Source of the DNA: a bacterium
GTDB taxonomy: Bacteria; Babelota; Babeliae; Babelales; JABCYS01
Direction: 5' to 3'
DNA: 11,844 nucleotides
Assembly: GCA_027452085.1 (NCBI GenBank)
Contig: DAIDHG010000027.1
Location: 1 to 11,844, forward strand
Made by a program: the position numbers and the translations under genes. Below, one piece after another: positions 1-7,079 of the stretch. Positions within the stretch are counted from its first letter, which is position 1. Every line of letters starts with the position of its first letter. The notes under the pieces were generated by a model. That model did not search any database and was not told where the DNA came from. It saw nothing but the letters and a program-made list of their open reading frames with translations.

Positions 1-2532
1 GCCCAAGGTCTTGAAGATCTCATCGCCAATGACCGTATTCCAAAAGATCAGGTTGAGGCTTATAGAGCGCGACTCAAGCTCGAAGTTGACCTTATTATCA
101 CCATGGGCTTTGTTGGGTATTTCTTGGTCGTTGGTGATTTTATTCAATGGTCCAAACGCAATGGCATCCCAGTGGGCCCTGGTCGAGGTTCTGCTGCTGG
201 CTCGTTAGTTGCATGGGCTCTGCAAATTACCAACATCGATCCGCTTAAATATAATCTCCTCTTTGAGCGATTTTTAAATCCTGAACGTGTGTCAATGCCT
301 GATATCGATATCGATTTTTGTATCGAAGGCCGCGAACGCGTTATTAACTATGTCCGCGAGAAATATGGGCACGATAAGGTATGCCAAATCATCACCTTCG
401 GTACTATGATGGCCAAAGGTGTGGTCAAAGATGTTGGCCGGGTGATCGGATTGCCCTTTGATGATGCCAACATGATTACTGGCATGATTCCTGAAACGCT
501 CAAAATTACACTCAAGGAAGCGCTCGAGCAGGAGCCACGCATTAAGGAATTAATTGAAGCAAATCCAAAAGTTGCCACACTTTTTGATCATGCGTTTCGC
601 CTTGAAGGGCTCACTCGACACGCATCCAAGCATGCAGCTGGGATTGTAATCTCACCTGAAGCAATTGAAGAGGTGCTGCCAGTCTATGTGCAGCCGGGCA
701 CAAAAGATTTAGTTACGCAATATGCCATGACTGAGCTTGAGAGCCTCGGCTTTTTAAAGATGGACTTATTGGGGCTGAAAAACTTAACGCTCATTGACCG
801 TTGTCTGCGATTGATTAATAAAAATATAGATATCGACAAGATTCCATTAGATGACCCCAAAGCATTTGCACTCGTCTGCGCGGGAAACACATCTGGTGTG
901 TTCCAATTAGAATCGAATGGCTTGAAGGATGTGTTGCGCCGCCTCAAACCAGAAAAGTTTGAAGATATTATTGCCGTAAACGCATTATATCGACCAGGTC
1001 CGCTCGGTTCTGGCATGGTGGACGATTATATTGCCCGCCGTCATGGCAAGGCAGCGGTTAAATATCTGTTCCCCGAGCTTGAACCAATTCTTGCTGAAAC
1101 GTATGGTGTTATTGTGTATCAAGAGCAGGTGATGAAGATCGCTTCGGCCATTGCTGGCTATTCATTGGGCGAAGCAGATTTATTGCGGCGCGCCATGGGG
1201 AAGAAAAAAGCCGAAGAAATGGCCAAGCATCGCGCGGTATTTACCGAACGCGCGACACAAAAAGGATTTAATAGTGCCAAGGCTGGCGAGCTCTTTGATT
1301 TGATGGCATATTTTGCGGGCTATGGTTTTAACAAATCACACTCCGCCGCCTATGCGTTGATCGCCTATCAAACGGCCTATTTAAAAGCGAACTATCCAGC
1401 AGAATTTATGGCATGTCTGATCTCATTGGAATCTGGCGATGCCGATAAGATGGTCTTCTATCTACAAGAAGCCAAAGATATGGGATTGGAAATATTGCCG
1501 CCCGACATTAATAAATCATATGCAGATTTCACGGTACAAGACAGTACAAAAATACGCTTTGGCCTCCAGGGCATTAAAAACGTTGGCGGTACATCGCTGG
1601 AAAACATCATCGCCGTTCGCCATGAGCGCCCATTTTCTGATCTGCTTGATTTCTGCAGCCGCATCGATTTGCGCACTTCCAATAAGCGCGTATTAGAACA
1701 TTTAATTTTTGCTGGCGCCTTTGATTCATTGCCCGGCCACCGCGCTCAGCAGCATAATGAACTTCAAAAGATTATTGATCGTGCAGCGGAAATCAAAGAA
1801 CAAAAACTAACCGGGCAAATGGGATTATTCGGTGGAGCTGCACAAGAGGATGCCAATAAACCGGTAGAACCATTCGCCTTTGAGCTCTGCGATACATGGG
1901 ATGCAAAGACGCAACTGGAAAAAGAAAAGGAAGTGATCGGATTTTATTTAAGCGCACATCCGTTGGATACGTATCGCCCGCAATTGCGCTGGATAGGCGT
2001 GAAATCATTTGGCACCTTGCTTGAACAAAGTTTGAATTTGCCAGAAGAGCCGATCGTTATTGGCTGTGGCCTGATAAAAACTCAAAAGGCCATCATGACG
2101 AAAAAAAATGATCGCATGGCATTTGTAACATTGGAAGATGATCAATCAAAAGCTGAGGTGGTTGTTTTTCCAAAACTCTTTGCACAGGTTGAAGCCTGGC
2201 TGAGCGCCTATAACGTTTTTGTCGTACGTGGGGTGTTAGATCAAAGCTCACCAACCTTGTGCAAAATACGGGCAAATGATTTGGTGCCATTGGATTTATT
2301 TTTCTCACAATGGCAAATCAAACGTGCGCAATTTACTCTGCCACCGGAGTTTGATCAGACATTTCTGGATAAACTCAAAAATAAATTCCAGCCTGGCAAA
2401 GTACCGGTTTCATTCATACTCAATGAGCAAAACAAACAGATTCAAATCGCGGTAAAACAGCAGATCTTGCTCGATACGCCAATCTTGCGCGACATTGAAC
2501 AGCAATCTATTGGGGTGAAGTTGATTATTTAA
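1..2532 (+). CDS. dnaE: DNA polymerase III subunit alpha (5'-truncated by the window edge)
   Basis: Frame is open from position 1 (AQGLEDL...YRARLKLEVDLIITMGFVGYFL), so ATG 103 is internal. Motifs: GPGRGSAAGSLV, FERFLNPERVSMPDIDIDF (catalytic Asps), HAAGIVI, GFLKMDLLGL, ALYRPGP, YGFNKSHSAAY, clamp-binding-like QMGLF, and an OB-fold region (MAFVTLED..EVVVFP). Confidence 0.99.
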   Translation, partial: AQGLEDLIANDRIPKDQVEAYRARLKLEVDLIITMGFVGYFLVVGDFIQWSKRNGIPVGPGRGSAAGSLVAWALQITNIDPLKYNLLFERFLNPERVSMPDIDIDFCIEGRERVINYVREKYGHDKVCQIITFGTMMAKGVVKDVGRVIGLPFDDANMITGMIPETLKITLKEALEQEPRIKELIEANPKVATLFDHAFRLEGLTRHASKHAAGIVISPEAIEEVLPVYVQPGTKDLVTQYAMTELESLGFLKMDLLGLKNLTLIDRCLRLINKNIDIDKIPLDDPKAFALVCAGNTSGVFQLESNGLKDVLRRLKPEKFEDIIAVNALYRPGPLGSGMVDDYIARRHGKAAVKYLFPELEPILAETYGVIVYQEQVMKIASAIAGYSLGEADLLRRAMGKKKAEEMAKHRAVFTERATQKGFNSAKAGELFDLMAYFAGYGFNKSHSAAYALIAYQTAYLKANYPAEFMACLISLESGDADKMVFYLQEAKDMGLEILPPDINKSYADFTVQDSTKIRFGLQGIKNVGGTSLENIIAVRHERPFSDLLDFCSRIDLRTSNKRVLEHLIFAGAFDSLPGHRAQQHNELQKIIDRAAEIKEQKLTGQMGLFGGAAQEDANKPVEPFAFELCDTWDAKTQLEKEKEVIGFYLSAHPLDTYRPQLRWIGVKSFGTLLEQSLNLPEEPIVIGCGLIKTQKAIMTKKNDRMAFVTLEDDQSKAEVVVFPKLFAQVEAWLSAYNVFVVRGVLDQSSPTLCKIRANDLVPLDLFFSQWQIKRAQFTLPPEFDQTFLDKLKNKFQPGKVPVSFILNEQNKQIQIAVKQQILLDTPILRDIEQQSIGVKLII

Positions 2533-2535
2533 AAT

Positions 2536-2563
2536 TTGCGATTCTGCTCGTATTTGATACCAT
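2536..2563 (+). promoter_or_regulatory. Putative sigma70 promoter for the small ORF/multicopper oxidase pair
   Basis: TTGCGA (2536-2541), 16 nt spacer, TACCAT (2558-2563), with an extended -10 TG at 2555-2556. Found by eye only. Confidence 0.35.
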
Positions 2564-2629
2564 TCGCCACATCAAAAAAACAATTCGTTTTTTGCTAATA
2601 CACCTCTCTCTTCAAACGTAGGAGTAATG

Positions 2630-2839
2630 ATGAGATATAGCATTTTTCTGAGCATCGCACTGAGCTCAGCTATACTGCAGGCGAAGCACTCACTCTCCTT
2701 TATCATTCCCAACTCACCGTTGCCCGAGAAATTTTATGATTGTCCACGCTGCAGACGAGCAGAACGGCGCGGGCCGCTTAAAAAGCCAATTCCAGCCATC
2801 AAACATCCAAATCGCCAAAAATTTAATCCAGGGAATTAA
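2630..2839 (+). CDS. Small secreted hypothetical protein with CxxC (CPRC) and a basic C-terminus, ~69 aa
   Basis: SD AGGAG at 2620-2624 (ATG 2630 is better spaced than ATG 2627). Signal-peptide-like N-terminus MRYSIFLSIALSSAILQA. The stop TAA directly abuts the next ATG. Confidence 0.7.
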   Translation: MRYSIFLSIALSSAILQAKHSLSFIIPNSPLPEKFYDCPRCRRAERRGPLKKPIPAIKHPNRQKFNPGN

Positions 2840-5212
2840 ATGAACACTGTTTTACGCATCGTATGTATCAGTATTTTTGCGGCAAACCTGCAGGCCAACC
2901 AACAAATACAACAATATGTTCTCACCGGATCTTCTATTCCACAGTTTGTTGAACCAATGCCTACATTCAATGGCAAGCGAGTTGACGGCACCAAAAATCT
3001 GACCGTAGCTGCTGAAGAGTTTCAGCAAAAAATTCTGCCAGCTTCCTTTTACAATTCACTGCCAACTTCCGTTACGTATAAAAGCGTTGAAACTGGCGAA
3101 GATCTATTTACGATTAATCCAAGAAAAGGCACCTACCTGTGGGGCTATACAATCAATGATGGCAAAAATAGTTACGGGCCTTCCTATCCTGCGCACACCA
3201 TTGTGGCACAGCGCGGCGTCAAAACAAATGTTGCATATGAAAATCATCTACTGCCATTCAGAGGAAAAAAAATTCGAGGGAAAAGATGCCAAAAATTGGC
3301 AGGGCCGTTATTGCAGAAATTTCTCACCGTTGATCTCAGTTTTCAGTGGGCCAATCCATTAAATTGGCCGCAATTTGGACAAGGGTTTGATACCTATGAT
3401 CCGACCACCTATCCGTTTGGCACTGGCATGCCGCAGGGAAATGCGGGTTTGTACGAGGGCCCTCAACCGATTGTTACTCATTTACATGGCGGTGAAAATC
3501 CCTCTTTTGCCGATGGCGATCCTAATTCATGGTTTACCCCACATAAGCAAATCGTAGGCGCTTCATATGTTACGAATAAATATACCTACCCTAATACGCA
3601 ACCGGCAACCACCTTATGGTTTCATGAACATTCACTCGGCATTACGCGCTTGAGTGTATTTGCGGGCCTTGCAGGCTTTTATTTTATTCGCGGCGAACCT
3701 GAAACTTCGGTAACGCCACATTTGCCTGATGGGGATTTTGAGATTGAGATGCTGATTGCCGATCGACAATTTGATACCAATGGCCAGTTATTCTTCCCCG
3801 ATGGCAATCCATTGACTGCGGGATTGAATGGTCCACCGGGAAATCCAGATATTAATGCGTATGCTATTCCGGAATTTTTCGGCGATGTCATGGTGGTTAA
3901 TGGAAAGAGTTGGCCCTATTTGGAAGTTGAGCCGCGGCGCTATCGCTTTCGTTTAGTGAACGGTTGCAACGCGAGAATGCTCGGCCTTTTCCTAAGCACG
4001 GATTTGGGAACAACACCAACAATCTATCAAATTGGCACTGATGGTGGCTTACTTGATGCCCCGGTCAACATTAACAGCTTTGTACCATTTACGTACAATC
4101 CATCAAATTTGTGTCCACCTTCAGATCCGAATTTAGGCCCTGTATTTACGGAGCCGACCTTGTTCTTTGCTCCTGGCGAGCGCATGGATATTATTATCGA
4201 CTTTGCCGGGTGTGATGGACAAACCATCACCATAAATAACGATGCACCAGCGCCATTTCCCTCTGGTGGCACACAGATGGATCCGAATGTACAAGGCTTA
4301 ATATTACAGTTCAGAGTAACAAAGCCATTATCATCGCCAGATACCAGCTTCAATCCTGCTCGACCGGGCGCAACATTACGCGCTGGTGCTCAATCGATTG
4401 TCAGATTAGCCGATGGCAGTGGGCAGCTTGCGCCCGACGTTGTGCCAACCTTAACCAGAAGTTTGGTGTTGATCGAACAAGAAGATCCGTATTCTACTGC
4501 TCCCGTGGTAGTCATGTGCAATAACACCAGCTACAACGGCATTAATCCGTACACCAATCAACCGTTGCAAGATTCGGTGCCGTACAATAATAATTCGGTC
4601 TATGTAACTGAATTGCCGCAAGTCGGTTCAACAGAAATTTGGGAAATTGTTAATCTCACACCAGATGCTCACCCGATTCATATTCATTTAATTCAATTCC
4701 AAATCATCAGCCGGCAGGTCTTCTATTTAGGAAATATTGTGCCACCATTTAACTGCCCGGCATCGTATCGAGATCTATACGAAGCGGCATGGCCAACAAC
4801 GCCACCATTTTCATTCCCGGCAGTACCGCCAGGCACCATATACAGCTACGGCCCGCCATTTCCTTATTTGAGCACCCCAAAACTGGGAGGCAATCCTGAT
4901 GTCACACCATTTCTTAGGGGCCAGCCATTCGGCGGTGATCCAAATGAATTTGGGTGGAAAGACACGGTAAAAATGATGCCATGCACCGTCACACGATTAG
5001 CCGTGCGATGGTCGCCGCAAGATATTCCCGTGGGCAATATACAACCTGGCGAAAATAGATTCGCCTTTGATCCAACTGCCACGCTTGGCGTGAAGAATGA
5101 TGGCTTTGGCTATCCTGGCGGCAGTGGCTACGTATGGCATTGCCATATCATAGACCATGAGGATAATATGATGATGAGACCACTCATGGTTCGCAACATT
5201 TCGCAACAATAA
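2840..5212 (+). CDS. Multicopper oxidase, CotA/bilirubin oxidase-like, three cupredoxin domains, secreted
   Basis: All four Cu-binding motifs are present: HLHG (~3479), WFHEH (~3617), HPIHIH (~4670) and WHCHIIDHEDNMMM (~5135). Also VNGKSWPYLEVEPRRYRFRLVNGCNAR, QIGTDGGLL, APGERMDIIIDF and GWKDTV. N-terminal signal peptide; GGGA SD upstream of the ATG. Confidence 0.96.
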   Translation: MNTVLRIVCISIFAANLQANQQIQQYVLTGSSIPQFVEPMPTFNGKRVDGTKNLTVAAEEFQQKILPASFYNSLPTSVTYKSVETGEDLFTINPRKGTYLWGYTINDGKNSYGPSYPAHTIVAQRGVKTNVAYENHLLPFRGKKIRGKRCQKLAGPLLQKFLTVDLSFQWANPLNWPQFGQGFDTYDPTTYPFGTGMPQGNAGLYEGPQPIVTHLHGGENPSFADGDPNSWFTPHKQIVGASYVTNKYTYPNTQPATTLWFHEHSLGITRLSVFAGLAGFYFIRGEPETSVTPHLPDGDFEIEMLIADRQFDTNGQLFFPDGNPLTAGLNGPPGNPDINAYAIPEFFGDVMVVNGKSWPYLEVEPRRYRFRLVNGCNARMLGLFLSTDLGTTPTIYQIGTDGGLLDAPVNINSFVPFTYNPSNLCPPSDPNLGPVFTEPTLFFAPGERMDIIIDFAGCDGQTITINNDAPAPFPSGGTQMDPNVQGLILQFRVTKPLSSPDTSFNPARPGATLRAGAQSIVRLADGSGQLAPDVVPTLTRSLVLIEQEDPYSTAPVVVMCNNTSYNGINPYTNQPLQDSVPYNNNSVYVTELPQVGSTEIWEIVNLTPDAHPIHIHLIQFQIISRQVFYLGNIVPPFNCPASYRDLYEAAWPTTPPFSFPAVPPGTIYSYGPPFPYLSTPKLGGNPDVTPFLRGQPFGGDPNEFGWKDTVKMMPCTVTRLAVRWSPQDIPVGNIQPGENRFAFDPTATLGVKNDGFGYPGGSGYVWHCHIIDHEDNMMMRPLMVRNISQQ

Positions 5213-5269
5213 ATAGCGAAAACTAAAAGGGCATTATTACGATATTATTAAAGATTGCCGGTGCAGTAG

Positions 5270-5641
5270 TCATCGTTTAGAAACAGTTGAATCAACGTTC
5301 AAGCTCAATTCTTTGCCAATTACCGCAGCTGCTCTACTGATAGTAAGCAAGGTTGAGGAGAAATTATTGGGATCAAGCAATCTTTTTAAAGCAGAACGAC
5401 TTGTATGTAATTTTTGTGCCATTGCTTCTTGAGTTATATGTTCTTGCTCCATTTGTTTCTGCAGCTGATACGCAATGACTCGTTTGATAGCAACAGCAGT
5501 AGCCTCTTCAAGAATTCCTTCGTCTCTTAAAAAGTCTTCAAAATCTGATCCCACATGCTTATTTTTTGCTACCTTTGGCGCTAACCGAGCAACCCTTTTT
5601 GCTCGGAGACCTTTATTCATGCTAACTTTCTTCTTAATCAT
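5270..5641 (-). CDS. XRE/HigA-like helix-turn-helix antitoxin
   Basis: NKHVGSDFEDFL..EGI..AIKRVIAYQL..ITQEAMAQKLHTSRSALKRLLDP..TLLTISRAA is typical of HTH partners of RelE/Gp49-like toxins. ATGA overlap with the upstream toxin at 5638-5641. Confidence 0.88.
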   Translation of the reverse strand: MIKKKVSMNKGLRAKRVARLAPKVAKNKHVGSDFEDFLRDEGILEEATAVAIKRVIAYQLQKQMEQEHITQEAMAQKLHTSRSALKRLLDPNNFSSTLLTISRAAAVIGKELSLNVDSTVSKR

Positions 5642-5991
5642 GGTACCCTTACTATTTCTTTGAGCCGTCTTTTGGCTAATGCTAAATCATTAGAATCTGT
5701 TTTTTGTGTCTTTTTTACAAATGCATGTAATAAAATTATTTGTCCATCATGGATAGTGAAAAAGACACGAGATATTTTATTTTGCAAATTAGATCGCATT
5801 TCCCATAGCTTAAGGCTCATCGGTCGCACCAGCGGCATGCCCAATGGCCAACCGAACTGCAATGTTCTTAAATCATGCCCGATTATACGACGCTCTTCTC
5901 TTTGTAGACTTTTTATCCAGTCATAAACAGGCTCTCGGCCTTGTTCTGTCCTATAAAAAGCAATATTAAATGGTTGCAATCGTTGAAACAC
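5638..5991 (-). CDS. Type II toxin, RelE/ParE superfamily (HigB/Gp49-like)
   Basis: FYRTEQGREPVYDWI..GWPLGMPLVR..LWEMRSNL..RVFF..ILLHAFVKKTQKT..DLALAKRR. GTG start preceded by SD AAAGGGG. Toxin-first order. Confidence 0.92.
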   Translation of the reverse strand: MFQRLQPFNIAFYRTEQGREPVYDWIKSLQREERRIIGHDLRTLQFGWPLGMPLVRPMSLKLWEMRSNLQNKISRVFFTIHDGQIILLHAFVKKTQKTDSNDLALAKRRLKEIVRVP

Positions 5992-6004
5992 GTCACCCCT
6001 TTAA

Positions 6005-6050
6005 ATTGTACCATATTTGGATCATATATCGAGGAAATTCATCTATGCAA
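6005..6050 (-). promoter_or_regulatory. Putative TA promoter(s) with an overlapping imperfect inverted repeat (candidate operator at 6007-6024)
   Basis: On the minus strand: extended -10 TG-G-TACAAT (hexamer 6010-6005), and an alternative TTGCAT-18-TATGAT. The IR TGATCCA-AATA-TGGTACA overlaps both -10 boxes. Confidence 0.5.
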
Positions 6051-6092
6051 TCATTAATGTAAAAAAATGTGATTTCAGGCATCATTCATGAT

Positions 6093-6788
6093 TTACCGAC
6101 TTGATAAATCAACTTCTTGCATGTAAAAACAGGCATCTTGATACAGCATCGAATGGAGCATTTTTAGCGTCATCAAAAATGTTGGGAGTGATTTTTGCTG
6201 CTTTACACCAAAATAGTAGTCGATTGTTTTACGCACGTGCACGCGTAGAGGATCTGTCGGTGGGTTAGAAATTTTTAGCCAAGCAGTGACAAGCTCTTGA
6301 TGCATAATGCTTAAGGCATGGTGCGAGCCCGCAATACCGTCAAGCTCTTGGAGCATCCAGGAAACTTTTTCAAATTCGTTTTTCTCCATTCGACTACGCA
6401 AATAATGCAAGGTGGTTTCAGTCATGCGTGTTTTGGCTTTTTGGCCCTGTTCAACCGTTGGCATGATATTTAATAATTCCACCAACACCCGCAGCTGCTC
6501 TTGGGTGGTTGGCTCGAGCATAATCAAATGCTCGTAGATGGCAGCCGCTTCGGCATATTTACTCGTATCGACGTAAAGCATAGCCGCCTTGGCATAGTGC
6601 TCAAATGCTGCCTCATCATGAAATGCTAAAAGGATGTCTGCTTCTAATTGTTGAACAAAGGCTTGGTCATCAATGGTATGCGCCAATAAGCGATAGACGG
6701 CTAAAGCGCGCTCTTTTTCACCGCGAGACACAAACTCTGCAATTTTAAACCAAGCAACGACATTTTTTGCGATTGTTTGCTGCTTCAT
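6093..6788 (-). CDS. Hypothetical protein, predicted all-alpha/TPR-like
   Basis: 231-aa ORF with a purine-rich RBS (GAGAGAGAAGAG). TPR-like helices (AFEHYAKAAMLY..YAEAAAIYEHLIMLEP). No recognised catalytic motif. Confidence 0.8.
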   Translation of the reverse strand: MKQQTIAKNVVAWFKIAEFVSRGEKERALAVYRLLAHTIDDQAFVQQLEADILLAFHDEAAFEHYAKAAMLYVDTSKYAEAAAIYEHLIMLEPTTQEQLRVLVELLNIMPTVEQGQKAKTRMTETTLHYLRSRMEKNEFEKVSWMLQELDGIAGSHHALSIMHQELVTAWLKISNPPTDPLRVHVRKTIDYYFGVKQQKSLPTFLMTLKMLHSMLYQDACFYMQEVDLSSR

Positions 6789-6891
6789 TTCTCTTCTCTC
6801 TCAAATAGACTCTCAAACAAATTCAATATTAAGTAATACCAATAAGGAAAGGTAAATGCAAGAGTAAATAGGATCGGCAATTGAATAAAGA

Positions 6892-6966
6892 TGGTGCCGG
6901 GAGCCGGAATTGAACCAGCGACACAAAGCTCTTCAGGCTTCTGCTCTACCACTGAGCTACCCCGGC
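6892..6966 (-). tRNA. tRNA-Phe (GAA), CCA encoded
   Basis: The reverse complement folds as a cloverleaf: GCCGGGG TA GCTC AGTGGTA GAGC A GAAGC CTGAAGA GCTTT GTGTC GCTGG TTCAATT CCGGC TCCCGGC A CCA. Anticodon GAA at 6934-6932. Confidence 0.97.
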
Positions 6967-6991
6967 ATATGTCATAGATTTGTGGGGTGCA

Positions 6992-7020
6992 ATTGTGCCC
7001 AATGCAAGACACTTTGTCAA
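6992..7020 (-). promoter_or_regulatory. Sigma70 promoter for tRNA-Phe
   Basis: Perfect TTGACA (7020-7015), 17 nt spacer, CACAAT (6997-6992), followed by GC-rich TGCACCCC, which is discriminator-like as in stable-RNA promoters. The -10 lies ~25 nt upstream of the tRNA. Confidence 0.7.
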
Positions 7021-7042
7021 TCGTATGGGATACCGGTATGCT
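7014..7042 (+). promoter_or_regulatory. Sigma70 promoter for pheS
   Basis: TTGTCA (7014-7019), 17 nt spacer, TATGCT (7037-7042), ~37 nt upstream of the probable GTG start. Confidence 0.55.
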
Positions 7043-7079
7043 TCCCAGCACCGAAGCTCTAGATTTTGAAAGAATAATT

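Noticed and set aside
1300..1360. Intein or split intein in dnaE at the usual FNKSH site
   Set aside because: YFAGYGFNKSHSAAY is contiguous, with no insertion or split.
2573..2594. CAAAAAAAC-AATTC-GTTTTTTG inverted repeat as a dnaE terminator
   Set aside because: The stem is almost all A-T with no following U-tract, too weak to call.
2627..5212. Small ORF plus oxidase as one gene broken by a nonsense mutation
   Set aside because: The oxidase has its own SD and signal peptide and looks complete, so two genes are more parsimonious.
5213..6966. Genomic island or prophage integrated at tRNA-Phe
   Set aside because: No duplicate of the tRNA 3' end, integrase or phage genes were found in the window.
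6785..7051. 88-aa minus-strand ORF
   Set aside because: It runs through the tRNA-Phe gene and its promoter, so it is a shadow ORF.
6987..7079. N-terminal extension of PheS, or a T-box/PheM attenuator
   Set aside because: The region holds the divergent promoters, and has no Phe-rich leader peptide or T-box motif.
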